A stretch of DNA of 64,000 nucleotides from Selaginella moellendorffii (lineage: Eukaryota; Plantae; Lycopodiophyta), in contig NW_003314285.1 in assembly GCF_000143415.4 (NCBI RefSeq), positions 1,747,471 through 1,811,470 on the forward strand, read 5' to 3'. The notes under the pieces are model-generated. The model was not told the DNA's origin and made no database searches. It worked only from the letters and a program-made list of their open reading frames with translations. Below are positions 26,601 through 38,586 of the stretch, piece after piece; within the stretch, counting starts at the first letter, position 1, and each line of letters starts with the position of its first letter. The translations under genes were made by a program, and so were the position numbers.

Positions 26601-28330
26601 CTCTCTCTCCCCCTCTTCTCTTTTTCGTGCATGATTGTGCGCTGGGGCTGCTGGGGGAGGAATCTACTCAGCGTGCATCGGCGTCAAAGATTCCCTCTTT
26701 GGGACTCGATTTTGATGGCTGCCTTGTCGAATTCTGGAAAAGCTTAGTGCGGTCTAGTGCTGTCCGTGCCTGTGATCTCGCCGTGCAATCCCAGTAGAAG
26801 AGAGAGTCGTCGATCGATCGATCGATCGATCAATCAATCAAGCTTAATCTCCTCCTTCTCACTCGTCTGAGATAAATCGTGTCAGCGCGGCAGCCATGGA
26901 AGTGGTCTTCTGGTCCTCGTGTAGTGTCCTTGTCTGTGACACTCTTTCATTATTACACCAGCGCAGCTTGAATGAGCTATGGCGCGCCTCACTTTTTTTC
27001 TTCTCTCCCATGCTTTTCTTTCCAATTCTCCTCTTGAGAGAAATTCATGAGAGATCTGCCCGTCGTTTTCCATGGCTTTGCATTGCTTGCTCCGGACTCT
27101 TTGTTTCCAAGCGTGTACTGCGCTTGCTTGCTTGGAACATTTCTTCTGTTCTTCGTCTCGATCATGCTTGATTTGCTCGTTTTGTAACAGCAGGCTTACA
27201 TGTGTGCTGCGTTCTTGTGTGTGAAGTGTGGCATCTAATTCTTTAAACTTTCACAGTCACTACACACATACACACTCTTTGGGCGTTGCAGTTTCTTCAT
27301 CATACCATCCTGGCAAAAAACTTACTCGCCATCAAGGACGATTGGATCTGGATGTCTGAATTCCTTCAGTCGGGGAAAGTCAAGGCAATTCATTGCTTGG
27401 TAGATGCAAGGTCAAGTCAGGAGCTGCGATGAGATCGACACACACAGCCAGCAACCGCAGCCAGCAACCGCAGCGTTCAGCTTTTCCATTGATGATGATC
27501 CATCTCCGAGAGGACTGGAACTCTTCTTAAATGCATCACTTGATCAGCTCGCTCGCTCTCCTATTCTTAACGAAAGCAAAAGGAAAAAAGTAAAAAAGAG
27601 AACGATATGAACAACGGAATCGAAGAACAACAACAAAATACAGGTTTCTTTTTTCCTTTTTTTTTTGCTCTTCTCACACGGGAAGAAAGAAAAACTTACA
27701 TTCTTGTCATGTTTTTAGATCCTTTGATGAGGACGGCTGAGTTGTTTTAGATCTCCGCTCGTCCGCTGCGCGATCACTTCCAACGAACGCTTCTCACTAC
27801 TGAATGATTTGAAAGGTAAGAGTGTGACAATGTGGGTCGGGCTCTTGCATTTCTCTCCATTCTTTTCTTCTTCATTCTCTTGAAGCTTTTGTGGTTCTTC
27901 CATTCTTTTGTGTTGGAGATCTCGTGACTGATTTCTACAAGGGAGGTTAGTCTTTTGTTTTGATTTGGTCGTGCGCTTCCATGAGTGTTTGAGTCCTGAG
28001 TGAGAGCGCTGTGGGGATTAGCACCACTCTCACCTCACGATTTAGCAGCCGCAGTGTCAGGGAAATCTTTGATTACTTCCTGGCTACGTTGTTTTCCTTT
28101 TTTTTTTCCTCTCCCGTCTCTCGTCTCTCGTCTCTCAGCGTCTCTCGTCTCTCTTTTCTCTGTGCTGCTGCCTTGCTTGCTTGGGCTGGTGTTTTAATCA
28201 ATCCCGCTTCTGTCCAGTCCGGGAAGATTTGATTCTTACGCTCCCCAAGACTTGTCTCTTGTGGTGCGCACTCTGGAGTTTGGGGGGCTTTTAAAAAATT
28301 CCCCGATATATACAAGTGCTTGTATGCACA

Positions 28331-28338
28331 TATAAATA
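28331..28338 (+). promoter_or_regulatory. Candidate TATA box of MIR160
   Basis: TATAAATA followed by a pyrimidine patch, about 420 bp upstream of the mature miRNA. Confidence 0.45.
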
Positions 28339-28749
28339 ATTTTTCTCTTTCCAGAGGGAGCTCTGTGGACACTGTCAGTAGCCCACTTGGTTCACTTGGT
28401 ATTTTATGGCCCCTCTTGTGTGTGTGTTTGATTGATTGAAGCTCGCCTCGTCCAGGTCTTGCGCGTCCAGCTTTGTTCGCGAATCCATCATCACTTTGCG
28501 AGGAAATCCAGGTCCAGAGCATGGCTTATGTTTGATCAAACTTGCATTGCTGCAAGCGACGTACTGACCTGGGAACGTTTTTCGCTTTTTCTTTTCTGAT
28601 TTCCCGGAGTTTGTCCAGTGAACCGGCCAGCTGAAACACACGGACGCGTTACGTTTGTGGAGAGCTTGCCGACGGACAAGCAATGCAAGCAGCGGGAAAT
28701 GTGTGTCCACGGAATGATCCATGGCTTCGATCGGAGTGGCGAAAGCAAC

Positions 28750-28855
28750 AAACAATCCCTGCCTGGCTCCCTGTATGCCACCTGAGAAGCCCACCGAAGT
28801 GTTTCGGCAGGATTCCTAGCTGGCGTGCGGGGAGCCATGCAGAGCTTCTCTCTTT
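28750..28855 (+). ncRNA. MIR160: MIR160 precursor hairpin; mature miR160 at 28760-28780, star strand ~28823-28843
   Basis: Exact conserved TGCCTGGCTCCCTGTATGCCA with complementary arm TGGCGTGCGGGGAGCCATGCA about 40 nt downstream. Confidence 0.96.
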
Positions 28856-29532
28856 CTCTCTCAAAGGCTGCCCGAGGGGGATGACACACACTGAAACAAT
28901 CCGAAAGATCTTCTCAAGGATCTGCAAATCCAAGTCTCTTTGACAAGGTGACAACCAGGTATCGAAATCTTTTCCTTTTTCTTTTTGTTTGATGCGTGTT
29001 CTTGCTTTTGTTCTCCGTTTTTCCCCATGTTTTGTTCTGGGAAATATGGGGGAGCTCTGCGATCCTCAGCCGCTTTAACTTTTGCTGGCAGGCAGCAAGC
29101 AACAAGCAGCCCAATGGCAATGCAGCAGCAGTTCAGTACCTTAGCATTGCAATGCCAGCTTTTTTTATTCCTTTCTTTTTCTTTTTCTCTCCTGCAGTGT
29201 GGCCATGGCTCTGCTTTCTCATGTGTTTTTTGTGTTGTGTACAGAACTCAACTTCGCCAGTCGCGCGGGAATGGTGTAGATTTGAACATGCTAGAATATT
29301 CTGGTATATGCTAACATCCAACGGCTCCAGGTTAAACTTGTGTTTATAGCTGATAAACATATCTTAAACCCAGAACGTTCCATCACGATCATTAAAGTTG
29401 GAAATTATCCTTTAGAACAGTTTACTTTAATTTCGATAAAAAAAAGTATAATAGGAAAGTTTTCTAGGGCATCTGAGAACTTCTTTGCGCGAGTAGGGTT
29501 TGCACAGCATTGGATAGATCCGGAGTGGCGGA

Positions 29533-31124
29533 ATGGCCGCTGCCAACATCGGGATGATGGACAGCGCCTATTTCGTGGGGCGCAACGAGCTTCTGGCGTG
29601 GGTGAATTCGGTGCTGCAGCTCAATCTCTCCAGGGTTGAGGAGGTATGGCCGCATTCTTGCGTTCTTCTTGCGGATTTCTAGCTTCCCGTGACAATGCTG
29701 CTTCCAGGGAGGCCCCATTCTTCCATTCTCTGGTGTGGTGTGCGTATTTTTCTCTTGTTTCTCATCTACATTTCATTCCATTCCAGAGGAACACTCTCCC
29801 GCCATCAGATCTATGCTCTAAGACGGGACCTAAGGGTACCTCACATCGTTTTGTTTGCGATTTGTTCCTCGTGCATCTTAGAGCTTCTCTCATTGCTCTC
29901 TAGCGAATAAGAAACTTACCCTCGCTTTTCTCCTTTGCAGGCGGCCTCTGGTGCTGTCCACTGTCAATTGATAGATTCTGTCCATCCTGGTGTTGTTCCG
30001 ATGCACAAGGTCTTAGTCGTGGTTCTTCTTTTGTTTTGTACACTAAAAGAAAACTTTTTGCAGGTGAATTTTGATGCAAAGACCGAGTATGAGATGATTC
30101 AGAACTACAAAGTACTTCAGGAGGTCTTTAACAAGCTTAACATTAACAAGGTGCGTTTTTTCTATACTATACTTTAGCGGTGGGTCTCCGTCTCACGTTG
30201 CGTCGTGCTGCAGCATATTGAAGTGAACAAGCTTGTCAAAGGCCGGCCCTTAGACAACCTGGAGTTTATGCAATGGATCAAGAGATACTGCGACTCTGTT
30301 TCTTCGTCTCCAAAGTCAGTCCGCTAGAAAGCTCTGTATAGCCTTTCTCACTGGATGATGATTTCAGCTACAATCCCGTGGAAAGAAGAGAAACTTCTAA
30401 AGGCGGTGTTGGTGCGGGGAAGAAGGTTGGCTACAAACCATCGAGTTCGAGACCTTGCAGTGCAGCAACAGCTGTTCGTAATTCAGGTGGGTATGGTACT
30501 GCCTACTTCATTTTATTTGGCCTTCGTTTCCTAAACTTAGCACTGGATCTTTTCTGCAGTTAGCAAATCTGCTAGACCAGGAGCTGGTTCAGGAATCATG
30601 GTTCCAGGCTCAGCTCAAATCAAGGCTCTCAACGAACAGGTATTGACAAAACTTTTGCAAGAGTTTTTATTCTACAAGATTTATCTTTTAACGAGCAGGT
30701 TGCGGATTTGAGGCTCTCGGTGGATAGCTTGGAGAAGGAACGGGACTTTTACTTCGCCAAGCTCCGAGACATCGAGATCCTGTGCCAGAGCTCAGATGTG
30801 GAAGGTCCCGAGGTAAGCTCATACAAATCTCACACCGAAGCTAAGCTCCTTCCTTGGATCAAGCAGATCATTCCAGCAATCCAGAAAATTCTCTACGCGA
30901 CCGACGAGAACGCTGGAGCTACTGATGGAGAAGAGCTCCCTCCGGATTTAGCCACCGACGATTACAATCCGGAATCCGAGGCTCACGATAGCGGAGAAGC
31001 TGCTTGCGACGACGATGATGATCCATCCGGCGAGAAATGCGTCCCGCAAGTGAGAGTCTCATGTAGTGGCTCCTGTCACAGTGACGAGTTCCTCTCATCA
31101 GCATCTCCAGTAAGTGTAAACTAG
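29533..31124 (+). CDS. EB1: Microtubule end-binding protein EB1 (multi-exon)
   Basis: [75 protein letters not shown]; GT-AG introns. Confidence 0.95.
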
Positions 31125-31483
31125 ACAAAAATCTCAAGGAATAGTTCCACCCAAGTACTCTTTGTAACTCGAGTTCCGTACGGGGGTGAAAAGAGGATAA
31201 TATATGTAAGTTTTACCAGAAAGAAGGTCCTTCGTCCGTACGCTAGTCATGCTGTTGTGTTCGTTCAATGGGCTCTTGCCGCGTAAGAAGGAAAACCCTA
31301 TGTATGAGGTGAGGGCTTTTGACTCGATGGAGCTATGGCGGACAGCGTCGAGGTAGGCACGGGGTGGCTTCGCCGCTAGAAACACGCCAGGGATTCGATT
31401 CTAGCCACTAGATCATCGCTGCGTCGCGAAATATTTCGGGTGGATCGGCGGCATTCTCTAGCAGGGACGATAAATCGGTGGAG

Positions 31484-33505
31484 ATGGAGGCGCTACTGAT
31501 GGATTTCAGCCAGTTCGTCGAATTTGCAAGAACAGAGCCAGGCATGGCAGGCACGGATCCAACGATGGAGATGTGCCAGAGCAAGCAGGCAGAGATTCCA
31601 GCCGCTGGAGATTTCTTTGCCAATGGATCGACTGGAGCTTTCCCGAGCGTGTCTGGGACGGATTTTCATGGATCCATGGGAAATTTCCAGAGCTCGGGGA
31701 TGGACGATGGTGTCTACTTGGAGCCAGCTCCCATGGAGCCGGCCGGGTCGTGTGAGGCCGATCCCCTCAAAGACCCGGTGATTAGCTACATCTCCGACAT
31801 GCTCATGGACGAGGACACAGACGAGAGGACGTGCATGTTTATCGATTGCTCCGGGTATAAGTCCATGGCCAACGAGCTCACGCAGATCATCTCCGATTCT
31901 TCCTCGTCGGGTGCTTCGGAGTCAGAGAACACAAACAAGGGAGCAGTCGATTCGTGGATCCATGGTGTCTTGAACAACGACGAAGTGGTCGACTCGGATG
32001 TGAGAGTCGAGGGTCGGACCATGTCCGACGAAGAGTACGAGAACACCGTGCACAAGATGATGAACGAGATTCAGGCTTTGACGGCTGCCTCTACGCCCGG
32101 TGGCGAAGGTGGTGGCCATGAAGGTGGTGGTCATCGGAAGGTGGTGGAGGAAGAAGAGTCTGTGAATATTGTGGAGCGGGATGCACTGTCCTTGCAGTCG
32201 CTGCTCCGGGAGTGCTCCGAGTTTCTCAAAGATGCGCCAGGGAAGGATGCTGTTCATGACCACGATCCATGGTCGGGGGATTTATTCGCGACGCACGACC
32301 AGCTCGTGGCTGGGCATGTGAGGACTCCTGCAGTGCTTGACAACGACGCCATTGAAACCGAGAAGGCCATCCGACAGGAGCTGCACGGCAAACTCATCGA
32401 GTGTGCGCAGGCGGTGGCTGCGGATGATGTATCCAAGGCTTACGGGATTGTCAACGGGATCAGGGACAAAGCCTCGCCGCGTGGAAGCGGCACGGAGAGA
32501 ATGGCGTTCTACTTTGCCGAGGCTTTAGTTGCACGTATAACCGGTACTGGCACGCTACTCTACAGTGCTCTCTCCAGCAACAAGCCGGCGTTTCACGAGA
32601 TGCTGAAAGCGTATCGGCTCTTTACTCGCTACTCTCCGAACGTGAGGATATCGCACTACGTCTGCAACCAGACTATTCTTGATGCTACAGTGGGGGCCGG
32701 CAGGGTGCACATTGTCGACTATGGTATCCTCTACGGGTTCATGTGGCCCTGCCTCATCAAGGCCTTCTCCGAGCGCGAAGGTGGTCCTCCGCACTTGCGT
32801 ATAACAGGAATAGATTTTCCTCAGCCTGGGTTCAAGCCGGCGGAGAGAGTTGAGGAAAGCGGGCGGAAGCTGTCGGAATACGCCAAGCAAGTTGGAGTTC
32901 CTTTCGAGTTCCACGCTATAGCAACAACCAAATGGGAGGGCGTGCAGCCATCAACCTTATTTCTCAGGCACGACGAGGTGTTGATCGTGAGCTCGCATTT
33001 CCGTCTGAGACACTTGCTAGACGAGTCGGTGATGGTGGACAGTCCAAGAAAGCTGGTACTCTCCAGGATACGAAGCATGAAACCGAAGGTCTTTATACAG
33101 GCGGTGGTGAATGCCAACTACAACGCTCCATTTTTCATCAGTCGGTTCCGCGAAGCTCTCGCATTATATGCAGCGTTCTTCGATGCGATCGACACTGCAA
33201 TCCCTCCTGAGTATCCGGAAAGGCTCCTCATTGAGCAGAGCATTTTGGGACGCGAGATCCTCAACATTGTGGCGTGCGAAGGCCAGGAAAGAGTAGAAAG
33301 AGCGGAAACGTACAAGCAGTGGCAGTCAAGGACTGTGAAAGCCGGATTCGAGCAGCTTCCTTTGCGTCCAGACATTTATGCAAAGGCGAGAACGATGCTC
33401 GGGACATATCACAAGAGCTTTGGGATTGGCCATGATGGAAACTGGCTGCTCATAGGATGGAAGGAGACGGTACTGCATGCCGTGTGCTCGTGGAGAGTAC
33501 GCTGA
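31484..33505 (+). CDS. GRAS transcription factor, LISCL/SCL9-SCL14 clade, intronless
   Basis: YISDMLMDE, VHIVD, LRITGIDFPQPGFKPAERVEE, ERAETYKQW, terminal CSW. Confidence 0.95.
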   Translation: MEALLMDFSQFVEFARTEPGMAGTDPTMEMCQSKQAEIPAAGDFFANGSTGAFPSVSGTDFHGSMGNFQSSGMDDGVYLEPAPMEPAGSCEADPLKDPVISYISDMLMDEDTDERTCMFIDCSGYKSMANELTQIISDSSSSGASESENTNKGAVDSWIHGVLNNDEVVDSDVRVEGRTMSDEEYENTVHKMMNEIQALTAASTPGGEGGGHEGGGHRKVVEEEESVNIVERDALSLQSLLRECSEFLKDAPGKDAVHDHDPWSGDLFATHDQLVAGHVRTPAVLDNDAIETEKAIRQELHGKLIECAQAVAADDVSKAYGIVNGIRDKASPRGSGTERMAFYFAEALVARITGTGTLLYSALSSNKPAFHEMLKAYRLFTRYSPNVRISHYVCNQTILDATVGAGRVHIVDYGILYGFMWPCLIKAFSEREGGPPHLRITGIDFPQPGFKPAERVEESGRKLSEYAKQVGVPFEFHAIATTKWEGVQPSTLFLRHDEVLIVSSHFRLRHLLDESVMVDSPRKLVLSRIRSMKPKVFIQAVVNANYNAPFFISRFREALALYAAFFDAIDTAIPPEYPERLLIEQSILGREILNIVACEGQERVERAETYKQWQSRTVKAGFEQLPLRPDIYAKARTMLGTYHKSFGIGHDGNWLLIGWKETVLHAVCSWRVR

Positions 33506-33561
33506 AACTAGGAAAGAAGCAACAATCATAGCTGGTAATTGCTAAGGTACGACACAAAATT

Positions 33562-35121
33562 CTAGCTTTGTATTGACAGCTTGTCGTGTTGCAAGGCGAA
33601 CAGTTGCTGCGCTACGTGAATACATTCAGCTACTGATGCGTTGGTTTTGAGCGAGTTTGGCTCGATTTGCGACCGGCTCACTACGTATCCTTCCTGCAAA
33701 AAAAAAAGAGAGAAGAGATTCACAGCAGCAGCACGAGTGACCGGATGTACCTTTTGTAGTCGCCTTGTCAAGGTATCTCTTCTGGGAGTTGGGATCTTTC
33801 CTCTGCTTGCAATCTAAAAGTATATATGTTCATATCTTGTTTTGAATCCAGGTTGTAAGTACCTCGTGAAGCCCAATGTAACCGCATGGCAAAGTTGGAT
33901 TGCTTTCCTCCAGCATTACATCTAGCACCTCGGTCAATTTTGAAGTTTCAGGATCGAGTTTCTTCATATCAAATCCAGGTGAGGCAATCCAGTTTAATTC
34001 CTTGGCTAACCGTGACATTGTTTGTACATATGCTATGTTGTGCAGAGGGCCGATCCATATTGGACCCGTATACGTGTTCTGTCGCAATGTAACCATGGTC
34101 GCAAGCAAGCCGGAAGGAAAAGGTTCGTTCCACATACCTTCTTGGAGCAACTGCAAGCTGATGTTTGGCCGAGTTCGTCCCAAGAAACGCTCTGGAATGC
34201 CCCACATTCGCTGCAGTGCGCTATGAATCCGTAGTTACTGCCAGAACACAAAGATGGATGAACGTCAGACAACAAGATCAACCTGGAAATTACGTGCGGA
34301 GATCAAGTTCGCCGTGCTCCATCCGGAGCATGATTCTAAACACTGGTCCGTGGGCAGAATAGTGCGAGAAAAGGGGACGCATCCTCAAGTTTCGGGTGGC
34401 AGCTTCGCGCACGACGCCAGCAATGACCATTCGCAGCCCGATCTCGTTGATAAACGGCAGGCGCCTGGTGAAAGTTCCGTATGATGCAAGTGCACTGAAA
34501 GAGAAGGAGAAAAATCAAAACAGCCATCGAAGGGCGCGTGAGTACTCACTTATAAGGCCGCTTGCTGCAAGAGAAGCCGTCGGTGGAGGTGACATAGACG
34601 AGGCCACCACGTTTGAGGGCAGCCAGAGCAGAGCCAAAGAAGACGGAGTTACTCCCGTGAGAATCGACGTCGATGAGGTCGTAGTAATCGTCGGCAAGGT
34701 AGCAGCCGAGAAGGAGCTTGTTGGCGTCTTGAGTGCTGACTTTCCACCTTTCGGTAGGACAAGAAGAACAGGAAGGAGGAGCTACAGCTCGCAGGTTGTC
34801 AAGAATGCCGGGACGAAGATGGTCGCAGGCATCGTTGGCCCAGACAAAGTCAGCACTAGCCTGCACAAGGTACCGCATTGCTCTCACTCCGCACCCACAC
34901 AGAGCATCCAGTGCTCGGAGCTGACCGTGCTCTCTCTTGTAGGCTATGGCCGCTAGAACACTCAGGTCTCTCCCTACCGCACTCTCGCGCCTGTAGAAAG
35001 CGTTCCCGGTTGTGAAGCTGAGCCCGCGCTCCATTTTCGGTAGTTCTTTCGTGGGTTGCTGCGGCTGGGGGAGTCTGGACAGCCCATCTGGGGGGACCGG
35101 CAGCGCCATCGAAACAAGCAT
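33562..35121 (-). CDS. TRM1: tRNA (guanine26-N2)-dimethyltransferase TRM1 family, probably the organellar/divergent subtype; multi-exon
   Basis: FYRRES..GRDLSVL, LDALCGCGVRAMRY, DLIDVDSHGS, GPIWIGPLH, SRSQIEPNSLKTNA. Confidence 0.88.
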
Positions 35122-35157
35122 ATGCCCAGGCCGGGTATAGGGCAGAGATGAGGAAGG

Positions 35158-38100
35158 ATGGCTAGAGCTCCTTCTCGACCAAGAAGGAATGTGGTGGTGC
35201 TCGTCAGACTCAAGAGATGGATGAGCAGTAGTTGTCCACAGCAGAAAGGATCGTCGTCGGTGACGGAGAGCGAGCTAGTTCAGGTTGGTCTTCAGGGAGA
35301 CCCGGAAGGATTCGTTGGGCTTCTGCGTGTGTGCGCAGAGGAGAGGTCACTAGAAGATGGCAGGCTTGTCCACGAGCAGATTCTCAAGTGTGGATACGGC
35401 AGTCATGCGTTTCTCGGTAATCTGCTCGTGGACATGTATGGGAAATGCGGGGATATGGAGAGTGCCCGTGCTGCCTTCCAGGCCATCCAGGCAAAGAACA
35501 TCTACTCGTGGACCATCTTGCTTACGGCCTACAGCAAGGGTGGCCACGGGAGAGCAGTACTCAGGCTCGTCCAGGAGATGGACTTGGAGGGGTTTAAGGC
35601 CGAGAAGGTGACGTACTTGGCAGTCGTGGATGCCTGTGCGAAGCTGTTCGACTTGAACAGAGCCAAGCAGGCACACTCGAGGATTGTGGAGAGCGGGTGG
35701 CATGCAAATCTCAACGTGGGAAACGCGCTTGTGGGCATGTATGGGAGGTGCGGGGACTGCCAGACGGCCAGGATGGTTTTCGAAGGTTTGCCTGAGAAGA
35801 CCGTCGTGTCCTGGAACACTGTGATAGGAGCCTATGCTCGGAATGGACTGGCCAAGGATGCTCTCCGACTGATGAAGGCGATGGATCTGGAAGGCATGAA
35901 AGCGGACAGGATCACATTCCTGAGTCTGGTCGAAGCTTGCACGGGCCTGGGGTGCCTGGCCGAGTCGAGGCTGGCTTATGCTCGAATTGTTTCGAGTGGA
36001 CTCGGCTCCGACGTCGCAGTGGCTGCCTCGCTTGTCAACATGTTTGGGAAGAGCAGCAGCTTGGCGGATGCCAAACTCGCCTTCGATACCATACCGGAGA
36101 AGAATGTCATCTCGTGGAATGTCATGATGGCAGCTTACAACCAGAACGGGTGTCCGACAGAAGCTCTTCGGTTGTTTTACGAGATGACTGAACCGGACAA
36201 GGTCAGCTTTTTATATGCTCTCGACGCTTGCGTGAGCCTGAAAGCTCTGTCAGATGGCCGGGACGTTCATGCGAGTGTCACAAGGCATGGTTTCGGCTCC
36301 GATCTTGTCCTGGGGAATGCACTCATCAACATGTACAGCAAATGCTCGAGTCCAGCTGATGCCAGAAACGTTTTCGACGGGATGACGGTCAGGGACTCCG
36401 TGTCGTGGAACACGATGATTGCAACTTACGCCAGGAATGGTTTTGGAGAGGAGGCAGTGGAGGTGTTTCACGAGATGGCTCTGGTGGGGATTCCTCCTGA
36501 CAAGTACACGCTCATCAGCGCTCTCGACGGTTGCTGTGGATTGTCGTGCCCCGACAGAGGCCTGAAAAAAGGCAGAGAGATTCACAGACGAATCCAGAGT
36601 ATCGGCTTCATGTCCGACGTAGCGTTACAGACAGGACTGATCAAAATGTATGGGAAGTTTGGAGAGGTGATCGAGGCCAGGAGATTGTTCGATGGAATGA
36701 GTAGGAGAGTTGCTCTCACCTGGGCCAGGATGATCACTGCATACGGACAGAACGGTTTCGGAAACGAAGCCATCGAGCTCTACAAGCAGATCGACGTGGT
36801 TCCTGACAAGGTGATATTCGCGAGCGTTCTTGACGCGTGCTCGAGCGCCATGAACCTCGAAGAAGGCAAGCGAATCCACGCAAGGATAGTGGAAGGCAAG
36901 TTTGAGATAGACACGGTGGTGAACAACACCCTGCTCGACTTATACGGGATGTGCGGGTGTCTGGAGGAAGCCAAAGCCGTGTTCCACAGCATGCAAGAGC
37001 AAGGCAGGGACGTGGTCTCGTGGAATTCCATCATTAGAGCTCATCTCCACAACGATCAGCCGAAGGAAGCCTTGGGCCTCTTCTTCGAGATGCAAGAGGC
37101 TTGCGGTCCCAGGCAAGACCGAGTGAGCTACGTGAGTGCTCTCGACGCCTGCTCGGCCATGGGGAGTGACGGCCTCGTCCATGGCAAAACTCTGCACGGT
37201 TTGATCCTCGCCAACCGGATCCACATCGACGTCTACGTTGGCACTGCGCTGGTTACCATGTATGGGAGGTGCGGCGACGTGGTGGAAGCCAAGCAGGTGT
37301 TCGACGTGATGCCGAGCAAAAACGCGGTCACTTGGACGTCCATGATACGGGGATACTCGACGAACGGTTTCGCGAGAGAAGCCGTGGAGGTGTTCCAGAA
37401 GATGGAACAGGAGGGCTGCCGTGCTGACAAGATCGTCTACGTCGCGGTGATGGAGGCAAGCAGGGGCGTCGAGGACGTGAAGATGGCGGCGAAGATCCAC
37501 AGCCGGCTTTCGGAGCTGGGGTGGTGCTCGGACTCGGCCATCCAGTCGTCGCTCATCGCCATGCACGGCAAATGCGGCAGTGTGGAGGCGGCGAGGCGGG
37601 TGTTCGACGCCATGGAGGAGAAGTCACGGGGATCTCCGGCTTGGAATGCCATGATCGCAGCTTACTCGAGGCGAGGCGACAAGGAGGCGGTGCTGGAGCT
37701 GTTCCAGGCGATGCAAGCCGCATCGGTGAGGCCGGATCGAGCAACTTTCCTGGGACTTCTAGCAGTCGGCGGCAGCTTCTCCCCGAGCGAGGCCAGCGCC
37801 GTGCAGCACGCCATCCTTTCCACCGGCATGGAGACGGACTCCCTCGTCGGCACCGCGCTGCTCAACACGCTGACGAGATCCGGCAAAGTTGGCGAGGCCC
37901 GGCGGGTGTTCGATCGCCTGGACAAGCGCGACGTGGTGTCGTGGACGTCGATGATGGTGGCGTATGCCTCGCACGGGTCGAGCCTGGAAGCCATCGATCT
38001 CTTCCAGGAGATGCAGCTCCAGGGGATGGAGCCCGACGAGGTGGCGTTCCTGGCCGTGCTCTTCGCTTGCAACCACGCCGGGTTCTTCCGCCGGGGATGG

Positions 38101-38382
38101 GACTACTTCGCGAGCATGCGCGGAGACTATGATCTGGAAGCTGGGGCCGATCACTACTGCTGCGTGGTGGATCTTTTGGGCCGAGCTGGAAGGCTGGCGG
38201 ACGCCGAGGACTTGATCGTTAGCATGCCGTTCAAGCCCGACGAGGCCACGTGGTCAGCGCTGGTTGGCGCTTGTAACACGCACGGTGACGTGGAACGGGC
38301 CGCCAGGATCTCGCGGGCGATGGAGGCGGAGGAGCGGGCCGCCACACACGTGTCGCTGTGTAACACGTTCGTGGCTGCCTGA
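35158..38382 (+). CDS. PLS-class PPR protein with truncated E region
   Basis: 1074-aa intronless ORF with P-L-S triplets (MYGKCG..A..F, VSW, PD.VTF); HYCCVVDLLGRAG; no DYW. Confidence 0.93.
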   Translation: MARAPSRPRRNVVVLVRLKRWMSSSCPQQKGSSSVTESELVQVGLQGDPEGFVGLLRVCAEERSLEDGRLVHEQILKCGYGSHAFLGNLLVDMYGKCGDMESARAAFQAIQAKNIYSWTILLTAYSKGGHGRAVLRLVQEMDLEGFKAEKVTYLAVVDACAKLFDLNRAKQAHSRIVESGWHANLNVGNALVGMYGRCGDCQTARMVFEGLPEKTVVSWNTVIGAYARNGLAKDALRLMKAMDLEGMKADRITFLSLVEACTGLGCLAESRLAYARIVSSGLGSDVAVAASLVNMFGKSSSLADAKLAFDTIPEKNVISWNVMMAAYNQNGCPTEALRLFYEMTEPDKVSFLYALDACVSLKALSDGRDVHASVTRHGFGSDLVLGNALINMYSKCSSPADARNVFDGMTVRDSVSWNTMIATYARNGFGEEAVEVFHEMALVGIPPDKYTLISALDGCCGLSCPDRGLKKGREIHRRIQSIGFMSDVALQTGLIKMYGKFGEVIEARRLFDGMSRRVALTWARMITAYGQNGFGNEAIELYKQIDVVPDKVIFASVLDACSSAMNLEEGKRIHARIVEGKFEIDTVVNNTLLDLYGMCGCLEEAKAVFHSMQEQGRDVVSWNSIIRAHLHNDQPKEALGLFFEMQEACGPRQDRVSYVSALDACSAMGSDGLVHGKTLHGLILANRIHIDVYVGTALVTMYGRCGDVVEAKQVFDVMPSKNAVTWTSMIRGYSTNGFAREAVEVFQKMEQEGCRADKIVYVAVMEASRGVEDVKMAAKIHSRLSELGWCSDSAIQSSLIAMHGKCGSVEAARRVFDAMEEKSRGSPAWNAMIAAYSRRGDKEAVLELFQAMQAASVRPDRATFLGLLAVGGSFSPSEASAVQHAILSTGMETDSLVGTALLNTLTRSGKVGEARRVFDRLDKRDVVSWTSMMVAYASHGSSLEAIDLFQEMQLQGMEPDEVAFLAVLFACNHAGFFRRGWDYFASMRGDYDLEAGADHYCCVVDLLGRAGRLADAEDLIVSMPFKPDEATWSALVGACNTHGDVERAARISRAMEAEERAATHVSLCNTFVAA

Positions 38383-38586
38383 ATGGACCGGTTCAACAGC
38401 GACCGTTTTGCGCTGATTAGCGTTTGGACGGGCCGGTCAACATAGCATTGACTATGAATGGATGTACCGGTCAACAGCGACAGTTTGCGCTGACTAGCAT
38501 TGACTAGCATCAAAAAGGAAGATTTTAACTTTAGCTGAACATCCGCAAGATAGAACAAGAAAAAATGGAGTTTCCTACAAGCAAGC

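Noticed and set aside
28352-28370. GAGGGAGCTC resembling the miR159/319 3' end
   Set aside because: The rest of the mature sequence and a hairpin partner are absent
31484-33505. miR171 target site in the GRAS gene
   Set aside because: Site not seen; the gene is LISCL-type, not HAM-type
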